A DNA stretch of 59,924 nt, taken from the NCBI GenBank assembly GCA_016206785.1, contig JACQQV010000005.1:1-59924 (forward strand), read 5' to 3'. This stretch comes from Candidatus Omnitrophota bacterium (GTDB lineage: Bacteria; Omnitrophota; Gorgyraeia; JACQQV01). Position numbers and translations under genes: made by a program. This document shows positions 1 through 11,023 of this stretch, piece after piece (position 1 is the stretch's first letter; each line of letters starts with the position of its first letter). The notes beneath the pieces are model-generated. The model saw only the letters and a list, made by a program, of their open reading frames with translations, ran no database searches and had not been told where the DNA came from.

Positions 1-635
<635 letters not shown>

Positions 636-712
636 AGGGATACCCCTCGCCTGGCGGCTCGGGGTTATTCTTGAGACGGACATACGTCCATGAACTCAGG
701 ATCCGCTTGGCT

Positions 713-732
713 ATTCAGTTTTCAAAGAACGA
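713..732 (-). promoter_or_regulatory. rRNA leader boxA antitermination-like motif
   Basis: Minus strand reads GTTCTTTGAAAACTGAAT, about 80 nt upstream of the 16S 5' end. Confidence 0.8.
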
Positions 733-773
733 TGTTTCGAAAATGTTAAAAATTGCGTGAAAAAAAGTAGAGA

Positions 774-804
774 CAAAAAAAGCATCGTAGCCGATGCTTT
801 TTTG
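774..804. terminator. Terminator-like hairpin in the rRNA leader
   Basis: A7-GCATCG-tagc-CGATGC-T6. Confidence 0.55.
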
Positions 805-914
805 CAACATCCTACGTTTAAAAAGGTTATAAATTATCCAAACCTGTCAAATTGGAAAGTCAAGCCCTTTCCTCGCTCCTGGGAAGACCAATTTCTAGCC
901 TAACCCAAACTGTA

Positions 915-943
915 AGTATAACACAGAGTATGGGTATTGTCAA
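915..943 (-). promoter_or_regulatory. Sigma70-type rRNA promoter (proximal)
   Basis: TTGACA (943-938), 17-bp spacer, extended TGn-TATACT (920-915). Confidence 0.85.
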
Positions 944-975
944 GAGGAACAATCGGGCCTGGACCGATTAGTTTT

Positions 976-1004
976 GTTTTAGCATGCCCCGGCCGGCTTG
1001 TCAA
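976..1004 (-). promoter_or_regulatory. Possible second (distal) rRNA promoter
   Basis: TTGACA (1004-999), 17-bp spacer, TGc-TAAAAC (981-976). Confidence 0.55.
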
Positions 1005-1063
1005 GTATTTTTCAATGAGGCCATGACTTACAGAGTGAAGCGATGTAAGTCACGCGTCTTCAT

Positions 1064-2251
1064 CTACGAAATTCCCGAAACTTCAACCGATTTTTTCCCA
1101 ATCTGAAAGATATCCCCCACCTTCACCTGATTGACGGGAATCGTGTAATGGGTCCAAGAAATTCCATTATACTTTAAGGCCCTTTCATCGATCTTACGTC
1201 TCGCTTCAGCACGACTTACCGTCATTCCACTCGAGGCTAAAAAAACTGGTAATTGATATTCGAGCCCATTCTCTGTTTTCATCTCTGAAGCAAATGGGAA
1301 TTTTGGATTTTCTTGAGGGAGACCTTTCCCGGTGCTCCGCTCGAATTCTTCTTCTGCTTTCTGCGAAGCGTTGGGACCATGATACTGTGCGACGATGATC
1401 CTTGCGAGCTCTTTCTTTGCTTCCCGAGGATGAAGTTTTTTTATCGCAGGAAGGGACTCGTCGGTGAGGAGCTCGTAGTATTTCCACATCATCTCATCCG
1501 AAATCGACATGACCTTTCCAAACATCTCTTTCGGAGATTCGTTGATCCCGATCTGATTTCCGAGTGACTTGGACATCTTCTGGACGCCATCCAGGCCTTC
1601 TAAAAGCGGGGTTGTGAGGACCACCTGTTCTTCCTGGCCATACCGTTTCTGTAGGGTGCGTCCCATGAGCATGTTGAGTTTTTGATCCGCCCCACCCAAC
1701 TCGACATCCGCCTTCAGCGCCACAGAATCATACGCTTGAAAAAGAGGATACATAAACTCAAGAAGCGTAATGTCTTGGTCACCTTCAATTCTTTTTCTGA
1801 AATCTTCTCTTTCGAGAACGCGGGCAACGGTCTGTTTGGAGGTTAGTTCAATAATGCCTTCTAATTTCATCTTGCCTAACCACTCGCTGTTGAATCTCAC
1901 CTCTAATTGCGAGCGATCAAGAATTTTAGAGACCTGAGCGACATAGGTCTTGGCATTTTCCTGCACCTCTTTTTCGGACATCGGCTTTCTCACCTCGGAA
2001 CGCCCCGTGGGATCCCCGATCCTTCCTGTGTAATCCCCGATCAAAAAAATCACGCGGTGCCCGAGGTCCTGAAAATGGCGCATCTTGCGCAGAAGGACGG
2101 TGTGACCGAGATGAATGTCCGGGGCGGTCGGATCGAACCCCGCTTTGACGATGAGCTTCTTTTTCTTACGGAGTTTTTCCAGGAGTTCTTTTTCCTGGAT
2201 GATCTCTACCGCGCCACGTTTGATTTTTTCGAGTTGCTGTTCAGGGGTCAT
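1064..2251 (-). CDS. tyrS: Tyrosine--tRNA ligase
   Basis: [13 protein letters not shown] (HIGH) and KMSKS motifs; C-terminal S4-like domain. Confidence 0.97.
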   Translation of the reverse strand: MTPEQQLEKIKRGAVEIIQEKELLEKLRKKKKLIVKAGFDPTAPDIHLGHTVLLRKMRHFQDLGHRVIFLIGDYTGRIGDPTGRSEVRKPMSEKEVQENAKTYVAQVSKILDRSQLEVRFNSEWLGKMKLEGIIELTSKQTVARVLEREDFRKRIEGDQDITLLEFMYPLFQAYDSVALKADVELGGADQKLNMLMGRTLQKRYGQEEQVVLTTPLLEGLDGVQKMSKSLGNQIGINESPKEMFGKVMSISDEMMWKYYELLTDESLPAIKKLHPREAKKELARIIVAQYHGPNASQKAEEEFERSTGKGLPQENPKFPFASEMKTENGLEYQLPVFLASSGMTVSRAEARRKIDERALKYNGISWTHYTIPVNQVKVGDIFQIGKKSVEVSGIS

Positions 2252-2261
2252 GAGGATTCTT

Positions 2262-2290
2262 AAGTTCGCCGGTTCGCGAGTTTTCGGGTT
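2262..2290. repeat. Degenerate 8-bp tandem array upstream of tyrS
   Basis: GTT recurs at 2264, 2272, 2280 and 2288. Confidence 0.45.
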
Positions 2291-2322
2291 AAAAATAAAA
2301 GGGCAAGCGTTTGCCTGCCCTT
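2291..2322 (-). terminator. Intrinsic terminator after rpsA
   Basis: Minus strand AAGGGCAGGC-AAAC-GCTTGCCCTT-TTATTTTT. Confidence 0.75.
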
Positions 2323-2346
2323 ATTCTAACATAAAAAGAGTGGAAA

Positions 2347-3957
2347 TTACTTTTCTTCGACGTTTTTAAGGCTTAAGCCGATGCGACGCAGATCCGTATC
2401 GATTTTGATAATCCGTGCCTTGACGGCGTCACCCACCTTGCAACTCTGCTCAAGATTTCCGCTTCGCTCCGGCCCGATTTCCGAGATGTGGACAAGTCCT
2501 TCTACCCCTTGTTCCAATTCAAGAAAGATCCCGAACTTCGTCGCTTTGGTGATCTTTCCCGAGAGGACCATCCCCACCGAATAACGGGAAACAATGTCCG
2601 GCCAAGGGTCGGAGGTGAGCTGTTTCAAGCCCAACGCGACCTTGTGATTCTTGGCATCAATAGAAAGGATGGCCGCTTCGACCTCCTGTCCCTTCTTTAA
2701 AATATCCCGAGGGTGATTCACCTTCCGTGTCCAGGACATATCTTGAATACCGACGAGACCGTCGAGACCCCCTTCCAATTCCACGAAGGCACCGTAGTCG
2801 GTCAAGGAGCGGACCTTCCCCTGAACTTTTGAACCCACAGGATATTTTTCCTCAACCGACAGCCAGGGATCTTGGTCCGGGCTTTTCATTCCGAGTGCAA
2901 GCTTTTGGTTTTGACGATCTACATGAAGGACAACCGCCTCGACCTCCTGTCCGATCGACACCACTTCTCCTGGATGGGTGACCCGGCGGTTCCAAGAAAG
3001 CTCTGAAATGTGCACCAGTCCCTCAAGCCCTTTCTCAATTTCTACAAATGCGCCGTAAGGAAGAAGATTGACGACCTTTCCTCTCACCTTTGAGCCGACC
3101 GGATATTTTTCCTCAACATTTTCCCACGGGCTCGGCTGGGTCTGTTTGAAGCCGAGGGAAACCTTCATTGTCTCCTTATCAAAATCGAGAATCATCACAT
3201 TCACTTTTTGTCCGACTGAAAGAAGTTCGCTGGGATGAGAGATGCGACCCCAACTCATGTCGGTGATATGGAGAAGCCCATCCACACCCCCTAGGTCAAT
3301 AAAGGCGCCGAAATCGGTAATGTTCTTGACCGTCCCGTTCCGCACTTCGCCCGTCTTCAGTTCTAAAAGAATTTTCTCTCGCTGTTTGTCCATTTCCTCT
3401 TGGAGAACTTCCTTGCGAGAGACCACGATATTTTTCCGGGCCTTATTGATCTTGATGACTTTGCATTTTAAGGTTTGGCCGAGAAATTGGTTGACATTGG
3501 TAAATCCTTTGAGGGAGACGAGTGAGGCGGGAAGAAAGGCTTCCACTCCGATATCCACCATGAGGCCTCCCTTCACCTTCTTTGTCACTTTCCCTTCCAC
3601 CAGATCCCCTTCGTGGCATCGGGAGATGACACGGTCCCATCCTTGGCTTCGTTCCGCCTTTCTCTTGGAAAGAACGATCCGTCCTTCTTCATCCTCTTTG
3701 GATTCCAAAAGGACTTCGACCTCATCCCCTACCTTCAGGGTCCCTGCATCCAAAAATTCATGAAGGGGGATGTACCCTTCGGATTTATATTTCACATCCA
3801 CAAGGGCTTCTTTGGAGGTTAAGGCGATAATCTTCCCTTTCACCACCTGGCCCTCCTTAATATCGCGAAGGCTTTCTTCATAAGCCTTTGATAAATCCAC
3901 GCTTATGCTTTCGTTCCTATCTTTGTCCAATGTTTTAACGCTAAACTCCTCAAACAT
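2347..3957 (-). CDS. rpsA: 30S ribosomal protein S1
   Basis: Six S1 repeats (FGAFIDLGGVDGLLHITDMSW, YGAFVEIEKGLEGLVHISE). Confidence 0.98.
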   Translation of the reverse strand: MFEEFSVKTLDKDRNESISVDLSKAYEESLRDIKEGQVVKGKIIALTSKEALVDVKYKSEGYIPLHEFLDAGTLKVGDEVEVLLESKEDEEGRIVLSKRKAERSQGWDRVISRCHEGDLVEGKVTKKVKGGLMVDIGVEAFLPASLVSLKGFTNVNQFLGQTLKCKVIKINKARKNIVVSRKEVLQEEMDKQREKILLELKTGEVRNGTVKNITDFGAFIDLGGVDGLLHITDMSWGRISHPSELLSVGQKVNVMILDFDKETMKVSLGFKQTQPSPWENVEEKYPVGSKVRGKVVNLLPYGAFVEIEKGLEGLVHISELSWNRRVTHPGEVVSIGQEVEAVVLHVDRQNQKLALGMKSPDQDPWLSVEEKYPVGSKVQGKVRSLTDYGAFVELEGGLDGLVGIQDMSWTRKVNHPRDILKKGQEVEAAILSIDAKNHKVALGLKQLTSDPWPDIVSRYSVGMVLSGKITKATKFGIFLELEQGVEGLVHISEIGPERSGNLEQSCKVGDAVKARIIKIDTDLRRIGLSLKNVEEK

Positions 3958-3990
3958 GCGAAAACCCTCTAAAGTGAAATTTAAAAGTGT

Positions 3991-4019
3991 ATTATGACGA
4001 AAGAGGCCTATTCTGTCAA
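3991..4019 (-). promoter_or_regulatory. Sigma70-type promoter for rpsA
   Basis: TTGACA (4019-4014), 17-bp spacer, CATAAT (3996-3991). Confidence 0.7.
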
Positions 4020-4658
4020 GTCTTTTATTTGGCGGATCGCTTGCATCAACTGATCCGCAATCTTCTGATAGGTGTCGTGGCGGCTTTTGAGAAGTTTGTC
4101 TGAGGATTCCCCTTTCCCCAGAGGAGGCTCTGTGAAGTGATGGAAGGAGAGGGGTTTCCCAAAATGAACGGAGATCTTCTTGGGGCGAATCATTTTTGCA
4201 CCGCGGGGAAGGGCCTCATGGCTTCCTTGAATATAGACAGGAAGAACCGGCACCCTGGATCTTACCGCAAGGAGTCCTGCCCCTGTATGACCCTGACGCA
4301 AGGAACCGTCCCAACTCCGGGACCCTTCTGGAAAGAGGACCACCGTTTTCCCCTCTATCAGTTTCTCGATCGATTCGAGAATTGCCTCTTTGTCTGTCCG
4401 ACCGACACGGACCGGAAAGGCGTGAAGGGCGCGGATCAAGGCACCAAACAAAGGATTCTGAAAAAGCCCCCACCGTGCGAAAAAATAAAGAGGACGCGGA
4501 CAGGCGACGCCAAGAACGACAGGATCCACATAGGAGGCATGATTGCTCACGAGGAGGAGACCCCCTTTTCTGGGAATAAACTCCCGACCGGTTACTTCAA
4601 TTCGGAAAAGGAGTTTCACAAGAAGGATGGCCAATGGACGAAGAAAAGAATAGAGCAT
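4008..4658 (-). CDS. plsC: 1-acyl-sn-glycerol-3-phosphate acyltransferase
   Basis: NHASYVD (HX4D) and FPEGSR motifs. Confidence 0.92.
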   Translation of the reverse strand: MLYSFLRPLAILLVKLLFRIEVTGREFIPRKGGLLLVSNHASYVDPVVLGVACPRPLYFFARWGLFQNPLFGALIRALHAFPVRVGRTDKEAILESIEKLIEGKTVVLFPEGSRSWDGSLRQGHTGAGLLAVRSRVPVLPVYIQGSHEALPRGAKMIRPKKISVHFGKPLSFHHFTEPPLGKGESSDKLLKSRHDTYQKIADQLMQAIRQIKDLTE

Positions 4659-5497
4659 TATCGTACGAGACGGTCTCGAAGGTGCTTTGCCTTTTCAAAC
4701 AGATGAAGGATCGCTTCGGCATCCTTTTTTTCAAGATGCCGCGTGACGCGATCGAATCTCTTTCGAAACTGACGGGAGGATCTCAAGATTTCCCGCTGAT
4801 TGGAAAGGAGGATATCCCGCCAAAGCCATGGATCGGAAGAGGCGATCCGCGTCATGTCTTTAAATCCTGTTCCGGCCCATTCAATCCCCTCGGCATTGAG
4901 GACGAGAAGGGCCGCCAAGAGATGGGGCAGGTGACTCAACGAGGAGACGATCCGGTCATGTTCTTTGAGTTTAACCACCTTGACCCGGCATCCGATCCGC
5001 CTCCAGAATTCACGAATCGTTCGAAGAGAAGAAGAAGAGGTGTGCCGGGTGGGAGTGACGAAACAGATGTTCCCTTCAAAGAGGGTCGGGATCGCATGAG
5101 AGACTCCCCTTGTCTCCCGCCCCGCCATCGGGTGAGACCCTACGAAGGAGACATGGGAAGGGAGGAGTTCTTCGATTTCCATCGTCAGAGATCCCTTGGT
5201 GCTCGCCACATCTGTGAGAAGACATCCCGGCTTCAATCGCCGAGCAATGCTCCGAACCAGGTGCGGAATGACCCGTATCGGTGTCGCCAAGATGACGAGA
5301 TCCGCCCCTTGGATCGCGCGCAACGGGAGGGTTGTTCCCCAATCAATCGCCCCCCTCCTTTTCGCGAGGGCGACGGAACGGGATGTCTTACAGACCCCCA
5401 CCACCTCTTTGGCCAACCGCTTTTTACGGATGGAGAGCCCCAAAGATCCACCGATGAGCCCTACTCCAAGAATCGCGACACGATGAAACATTTTCAA
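4658..5497 (-). CDS. tyrA: Prephenate/arogenate dehydrogenase
   Basis: GVGLIGGS Rossmann motif, GSHPMAG, SHLPH, DMTRIA. Confidence 0.95.
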   Translation of the reverse strand: MKMFHRVAILGVGLIGGSLGLSIRKKRLAKEVVGVCKTSRSVALAKRRGAIDWGTTLPLRAIQGADLVILATPIRVIPHLVRSIARRLKPGCLLTDVASTKGSLTMEIEELLPSHVSFVGSHPMAGRETRGVSHAIPTLFEGNICFVTPTRHTSSSSLRTIREFWRRIGCRVKVVKLKEHDRIVSSLSHLPHLLAALLVLNAEGIEWAGTGFKDMTRIASSDPWLWRDILLSNQREILRSSRQFRKRFDRVTRHLEKKDAEAILHLFEKAKHLRDRLVR

Positions 5498-6516
5498 ATT
5501 TCCCGTCCGATGGCGTGACCGACCTTTTTCAACTCTTCCATCAGATCCGAGAACATCGACGGCAGAAGCGACTGAGGCCCATCAGACTTGGCGATCTCCG
5601 GGTTGGTGTGAACTTCGATGATGAGGCCGTCGGCACCGGCCGCGAGCGCCGCCTTGGCCACAGAGGCGACCAGTGACCGCTGACCGGTGGCATGACTCGG
5701 ATCAGCGACCACCGGGAGATGACTGAGCTGTTTGATGACAGGAATTGCATTAATGTCGAGGGTAAACCGGGTTGCACTCTCAAAGGTACGGATCCCTCTT
5801 TCGCAGAGGATGACATGGGGGTTTCCCTCCGAGACGATATACTCGGCAGACATGAGGAGTTCTTCGACGGTCGAACCCATTCCCCGCTTAAGCAGCACCG
5901 GTTTTTTGGAACGACCTACCTCCTTTAACAGATCAAAATTCTGCATGTTGCGTGCGCCGATTTGAAGAATGTCCGCGTATTTTTCAACCAGAGCGATCTG
6001 TCGCGGATCCATGAGTTCCGTCACGATGGGAAGTCCTGTTTTCTCCTTCGCCTCGTGGAGATACTGCAACCCCTCCTCGCCGAGCCCTTGGAAGCTGTAA
6101 GGAGAGGTGCGGGGTTTGAAGGCCCCTCCCCGCAAAATCCTCGCCCCCGCCAGTTTGACCTTCTTCGCCACTTCCAGCATGATTTCACGGCTCTCGACCG
6201 AACAGGGTCCCGCCATCACCACGACTTTTTTTCCACCAATCTTGATCCCTTCGATATCGATCACTGTATCTTGAGGCTTGTACTGTCTTGAAACGAGCTT
6301 GAAAGGGGCTGAGATGCTAACCACCTTTTCGACGCCGGGAAAGGCTTCAAAAGGTTGGATCCGAAGTCTCGCCACCTGATCGATCTTTCCCTTAATGCCA
6401 ATAATCGTCCGCTCCGCCCCTCGGTTGATATCGACGGGGAACCCAGATGTTTTTACCTTTTCCAGCACATGCTGGATCTGTTTTTCTGTCGCTTCAGGTT
6501 TAAAGACGATGATCAT
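5494..6516 (-). CDS. aroF: DAHP synthase, type I-beta with N-terminal regulatory domain
   Basis: [37 protein letters not shown]. Confidence 0.96.
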   Translation of the reverse strand: MIIVFKPEATEKQIQHVLEKVKTSGFPVDINRGAERTIIGIKGKIDQVARLRIQPFEAFPGVEKVVSISAPFKLVSRQYKPQDTVIDIEGIKIGGKKVVVMAGPCSVESREIMLEVAKKVKLAGARILRGGAFKPRTSPYSFQGLGEEGLQYLHEAKEKTGLPIVTELMDPRQIALVEKYADILQIGARNMQNFDLLKEVGRSKKPVLLKRGMGSTVEELLMSAEYIVSEGNPHVILCERGIRTFESATRFTLDINAIPVIKQLSHLPVVADPSHATGQRSLVASVAKAALAAGADGLIIEVHTNPEIAKSDGPQSLLPSMFSDLMEELKKVGHAIGREI

Positions 6517-6531
6517 GAAACGCTCCTTTGG

Positions 6532-7614
6532 TTAGAGAATTTTTTTGAGGACCCGGATCAGCCGTTTGTTCTCATCGCTTTTCCCGATGGTGACCCGGAT
6601 AAAGGCGTCTAATTTCCACGCCCCCATGTCGCGCACGATCACTCCAAATTTAAGGAGTTTCTCATAGAGGGGTTTGCCATCCCCGACATTCACCAAAATA
6701 AAATTGGTCTGGCTCGGGATATACCGGAGGCCTAACTCATCGAAGTGACGATAAAGATAATTTTTCCCTTCCCTTACAAGTCTTCGAGTCCGTTCTAAGT
6801 GAGTCCGATCCTCTAGGGCGGCCAGGGCCGCTGCCTGAGCGAGTGAATTCACATTGAACGGTTCCCGTACCCGGTTCAAATAATCGATGATCTCTGGATT
6901 CGAGATGCCATAACCGATCCGAACCCCTGCGAGTCCGTAGGCCTTTGAAAAACTCCGGGTAATGATCACGGAGTGCTTTGAAAGATATTTCCGTGTGTCC
7001 GGATACTCCTTCTCCTGGACAAATTCAAAATAGGCCTCGTCAAAGAAAACGATGACCTCTTTCGGAAGATCCTTCAAAAATGCTTCCACCTCTCCCCGGG
7101 TGACATAGGTTCCCGTTGGATTATCAGGATTGGCGATAAAGACCATCTTGGTTCGGGCACTCACTGCCTCTCTCATCCGGGGAAGATCGTATCGAAAGTT
7201 TTTAAGCGGGACCTCGATGACTTTTGCGCCAGCGACGCGAGAGGCGATCTCATAAATGAGGAAGGTGGGATTCGCCACGACAACTTCTTCCCCTCCCTCC
7301 ACAAACGCGCGTAGCGCAAGAAGAATAATTTCATCCGATCCGTTCCCCGCAATGACCATCGACTCCTTCACACCGAGACGGGAAGCGAGCTTCTTCTTAA
7401 GGAGGTGGGCGTCGGAATCCGGATAGCGGTTGAGGTCTCGAAGTGTTTTCTGAATCGCCTTGAGCGCTTTGGGGGAAGGTCCCAACGCGTTCTCGTTGGA
7501 GGCGAGTTTAATCACCTCTTTTAAGCCCAATTCCCTTTTGAGTTCTTCGATCGGTTTGCCCGGCTTATACGGCGTAATGAGATCGAGAGACTTTCGTGCC
7601 AAAGCAATAGTCAT
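6532..7614 (-). CDS. hisC: Histidinol-phosphate/aromatic aminotransferase
   Basis: YKPGKP, KLASNEN, NPDNPTG, SFSKAYGLAGVRIG. Start reassigned to ATG 7614, an ATGA overlap with pheA. Confidence 0.93.
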   Translation of the reverse strand: MTIALARKSLDLITPYKPGKPIEELKRELGLKEVIKLASNENALGPSPKALKAIQKTLRDLNRYPDSDAHLLKKKLASRLGVKESMVIAGNGSDEIILLALRAFVEGGEEVVVANPTFLIYEIASRVAGAKVIEVPLKNFRYDLPRMREAVSARTKMVFIANPDNPTGTYVTRGEVEAFLKDLPKEVIVFFDEAYFEFVQEKEYPDTRKYLSKHSVIITRSFSKAYGLAGVRIGYGISNPEIIDYLNRVREPFNVNSLAQAAALAALEDRTHLERTRRLVREGKNYLYRHFDELGLRYIPSQTNFILVNVGDGKPLYEKLLKFGVIVRDMGAWKLDAFIRVTIGKSDENKRLIRVLKKIL

Positions 7615-8681
7615 CGGGCGGGATAGGACCCCAAAATCTTCAAAAAGGTGCAATGTTTCTCAAGGGAAGTGATCGCCTGTCTCACCTTCTTCTCTTCCTT
7701 GTGCCCTTTCAGATCCACGAAGAAATAATACTCCCAAGGTTTCTTTCGGGAAGGCCTCGATTCGATCTTGGTGAGATTGATCCCATTTTTCTTGAAGGGA
7801 ACGAGGATATCATGAAGTGCCCCGATTCTATCTTTGATGGAAAACATCACGGAGGTTTTGTCCCGCCCTGTTCGACCCGATCCATTTTTCCCAACGAGAA
7901 GAAAACGGGTCACGTTGCGGTGGCTCTCTCCGATCGATCGGGCGAGGACCCGTAGCCCATACTGACGTGCCGCGTCCTCATGGGCGATGGCGGCGCTGTC
8001 CGCGTGATGGGAGGCCATGGACGCGGCCATACTGGTACTCAACGCCTCCACAGAGTCTCGAGGTTTCAAGTGGTAAAGATTTTCCTCCAGCCAACTGCGG
8101 CACTGGGCGAAAGCCTGCGGATGAAAATAAAGTTTTTTCACCTTGTTCATCGTCTTCGCACGACCAATGAGACAATGGTCGATCTTTAGGAAAACTTCTG
8201 AACAGATCGTCAGTTCCGTATCGGTGAAACGGTCCAGGGTATATCCCACTGTTCCCTCAATAGAATTCTCAATCGGAACCGTCCCGTAATCGGCCCGGTC
8301 CCGCTCCACTTCGGTGAAGACATCCCCAATGGTCATGACGTCGGTGTAAGAGACCTGAGAGCCAAACACCTTTTGAGCCGCCAAATGGGCGTAGCTTAAG
8401 GGGGGGCCTTGGTACGCAATCACGAGCGACTTCTCTAACGCCCTCGCGCCGGAGATCACCTCTCGATAGATCGCCCGTACCGTCTCTGCGGAGAGTGGTC
8501 CTCGACTGAGACGGCTTACCTTTTCATAAATCTCCCGCTCGCGAGTGGGGTCAAAGACATTCCCCCCCTCTCTCGTCTTCAAATGGCCGATGCGGAGGGT
8601 AAGTCCTGCCCGCCGGTTCAGAAGCAACAGGATTTTTTCATCAATCTGATCAATCTCACGACGTAATTTCTTTAGACTCAT
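7611..8681 (-). CDS. pheA: Chorismate mutase/prephenate dehydratase (P-protein)
   Basis: LRREIDQID chorismate mutase domain, PIENS, TRF, ACT motif NLTKIESRP. Start reassigned to ATG 8681. Confidence 0.95.
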   Translation of the reverse strand: MSLKKLRREIDQIDEKILLLLNRRAGLTLRIGHLKTREGGNVFDPTREREIYEKVSRLSRGPLSAETVRAIYREVISGARALEKSLVIAYQGPPLSYAHLAAQKVFGSQVSYTDVMTIGDVFTEVERDRADYGTVPIENSIEGTVGYTLDRFTDTELTICSEVFLKIDHCLIGRAKTMNKVKKLYFHPQAFAQCRSWLEENLYHLKPRDSVEALSTSMAASMASHHADSAAIAHEDAARQYGLRVLARSIGESHRNVTRFLLVGKNGSGRTGRDKTSVMFSIKDRIGALHDILVPFKKNGINLTKIESRPSRKKPWEYYFFVDLKGHKEEKKVRQAITSLEKHCTFLKILGSYPAR

Positions 8682-9264
8682 CAGGTTTCTCCGGTGAGGG
8701 TGAAAGCGCTTCCTGTGGAAGTGCCGCCTCCTCCATTTTCTCACTTTGTTGAACAAACTCTTCGAGGGGCGGAAGTTCCTCGAGACTATTGAGGCCGAAA
8801 TACTCCAAAAACTCCCGACTCGTTCCATAGAGAAGCGGGCGCCCAATGATTTCCTTCCTCCCTGCAATGCGAATCAGCCTTTTTTCGAGAAGAGACTTTA
8901 AAACTCCCTCAACATTCACCCCTCGAATAAATTCAATTTCTTGACGGGTGACCGGTTGTTTATAGGCGACGATCGCAAGGGTCTCAAGCGAGGGTCCAGA
9001 GAGTTTCTCCCCCCGTGTCTTCTTCAGAAACTTCCTGAGCCATGGCGCATAGAGAGGATTTGTGGTCATCTGGTACCCTCCCGCCACCTCTTGAATCACA
9101 AGGCTCCGTTTGGAACCTTCATAGTCTTTCTTTAAGGCTTCGATCAACGAACGGATCTCCGAAGGCTCAAGGTCTTCAAGGACCATGCCGATCTGCTCGG
9201 CCGATACGGGGGATTCGCTCACAAAGAGAAGGGCTTCGATGATACTCTGAGCATGTTCATTCAT
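8656..9264 (-). CDS. scpB: SMC-Scp complex subunit ScpB
   Basis: IEALLF, LETLAIVAYKQPVTR, GRPLLYGT, FGLNSLEELP. Confidence 0.96.
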   Translation of the reverse strand: MNEHAQSIIEALLFVSESPVSAEQIGMVLEDLEPSEIRSLIEALKKDYEGSKRSLVIQEVAGGYQMTTNPLYAPWLRKFLKKTRGEKLSGPSLETLAIVAYKQPVTRQEIEFIRGVNVEGVLKSLLEKRLIRIAGRKEIIGRPLLYGTSREFLEYFGLNSLEELPPLEEFVQQSEKMEEAALPQEALSPSPEKPDESKEITS

Positions 9265-10016
9265 GCTTGGGTCTCGCCTTCCCTCACCCCTGATTCGATT
9301 TTATCTTTGTTGCGTAGAATTTCGACTTCCCCAAAAACTGTTTTTTGCCTCACCAGAATCTCCTGGAGGCGAATGAGCTCCAGGATTGCGAGAAAGGTCG
9401 CCACGACCTCAAGGCGATTTTTGGCCTTCTCGAAGAGTTTTGAAAAATAAAGAACCGGTTCCGTGACCAAAAGATGAAAAATCTCGTGAACTTTTCCTTC
9501 CACTGTAAATTCGTCCTTCACAATTTCATAGAGCATCTTCTTCGGCATCCGCTGGAGAATCTTGGAGAAAGCGGAAAGGAGATCAAAGATGCCGGTTTCA
9601 AAATAGGTCTCCCCTTCTTCATCCACCTCGCTATATTTTTGAAAGGGCCGGGTAAAGATCTCTTTCTGGCTCGCCTCAAGGTGCCCTAAACGGTTGGCTG
9701 CTTCCTTGAATTTCTGGTATTCCAAAAGTCTCCGGACCAGTTCTGCGCGGGGATCCTCCTCTTCTTCCTCCTCAACAAGCTGCTCTTCCGGAGGAAGAAG
9801 CATCCGCGATTTGATCCGCATCAGTTCCGCCGCCATCACGAGAAACTCTCCGGCAATCTCCAGATCGAGAAGCTTCATGACTTCCAGATATTCCAGATAC
9901 TGTCCGGTGATTTTTGCGATCGGGATGTCCGTAATATCCACTTCTTCTTTTTTAATCAGATAAAGGAGAAGATCGAGCGGCCCTTCAAAGAGTTCCAACT
10001 TGACTTTATAAGTCAT
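9261..10016 (-). CDS. scpA: Segregation/condensation protein A
   Basis: FEGPLDLLLYLI, IKSRMLLP, TFLAILEL. Confidence 0.96.
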   Translation of the reverse strand: MTYKVKLELFEGPLDLLLYLIKKEEVDITDIPIAKITGQYLEYLEVMKLLDLEIAGEFLVMAAELMRIKSRMLLPPEEQLVEEEEEEDPRAELVRRLLEYQKFKEAANRLGHLEASQKEIFTRPFQKYSEVDEEGETYFETGIFDLLSAFSKILQRMPKKMLYEIVKDEFTVEGKVHEIFHLLVTEPVLYFSKLFEKAKNRLEVVATFLAILELIRLQEILVRQKTVFGEVEILRNKDKIESGVREGETQA

Positions 10017-11001
10017 GCTTCCACACCAGATGCCGCACTTCCTTCATCGTCTCTGAGGCGATAGCACGCGCCTTCTCTTTCCCCTCCTTGAGGAACTTGG
10101 CAATCTCCCCGCTCTCTTTGAGAAGGGCGGTGCGTTTCTTGCGAATCTCCTCGGTCGCCTCAATTAGTACTTCTGCGAGTTCTGTCTTATTCTCGACGCA
10201 GCCGCGCTTGGCACTTCTACATTCCTCCCAGACGATCGCGGCTCGCTCAGGCGCAAAAACTTTATAATAGTTACAAACATTGCACGTTTCGGGGTGCCCC
10301 GGATCGGTCATTTTGATCCGGAGGGGATCGGTAAACATCTTCTGCGTCGCTTTCCGGATCGCCTCCGGAGATGCTGAAAGAGCGATGGCGTTTTGATAGC
10401 TCTTCGACATCTTCCGCCCATCAATCCCAAGGAGTTTCGAACTTTCGGTTAACAGTTCTTTCGGTTCCGGAAAGGGACTCTCCTTGTAAAGAGATTTGAA
10501 GCGTCTCACGATTTCGCGCGCCAACTCCAGATGGGCCACCTGGTCCTCTCCCACCGGAACCACTTCAGCCTTGTAAAGGAGAATATCTGCAGCCTGAAGC
10601 ACCGGATAGCCCAAAAATCCATAAGTGGTAAGATCCCTTCCCTGAATTTCTCGCAGCTGTTCTTTATAGGTCGGAACGCGCTCCACCCACCCGAGGGGGG
10701 TGATGACCGAAAGGATCATGTAGAGCTCCAAATGTTCTGGGACATCGGACTGACGAAAGATGACGCTTCGGGTAGGATCGATGCCACAGGCGATCCAGTC
10801 GGCCACATTCTCCTTGACCGTCCGTTCAATCTCCGAAGGTGCTTCGTACTCACTCATGAACGCATGGTAGTCCGCGACCATGAAAAAGCAATCGTAGGTC
10901 TCTTGCAGTTTCTTCCAATTTTGAAGCGCCCCCACCCAGTGACCTAGGTGGAGTTCGCCGGTGGGCCGCATCCCGCTTAAAACGCGCTTTCTAGTAGACA
11001 A
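10006..11001 (-). CDS. trpS: Tryptophan--tRNA ligase
   Basis: SGMRPTGELHLGH, YPVLQAADIL, VPVGEDQ, KMSKS. Confidence 0.97.
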   Translation of the reverse strand: MSTRKRVLSGMRPTGELHLGHWVGALQNWKKLQETYDCFFMVADYHAFMSEYEAPSEIERTVKENVADWIACGIDPTRSVIFRQSDVPEHLELYMILSVITPLGWVERVPTYKEQLREIQGRDLTTYGFLGYPVLQAADILLYKAEVVPVGEDQVAHLELAREIVRRFKSLYKESPFPEPKELLTESSKLLGIDGRKMSKSYQNAIALSASPEAIRKATQKMFTDPLRIKMTDPGHPETCNVCNYYKVFAPERAAIVWEECRSAKRGCVENKTELAEVLIEATEEIRKKRTALLKESGEIAKFLKEGKEKARAIASETMKEVRHLVWKHDL

Positions 11002-11023
11002 ACAACACCCCCTTGTGAATTAA

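Noticed and set aside
1024-1052. TGACTTACA-N11-TGTAAGTCA inverted repeat after tyrS
   Set aside because: It is a single copy with no U-tract, so no function can be supported.
1064-1320. Divergent tyrS C-terminus as a foreign replacement
   Set aside because: Hand-counted GC (about 41%) is matched by other stretches of the same gene.
8682-8867. Long N-terminal extensions in the ORF track (pheA; also hisC, uppS, aminotransferase, GT9)
   Set aside because: They overlap upstream genes, and downstream ATGs match the family N-termini.
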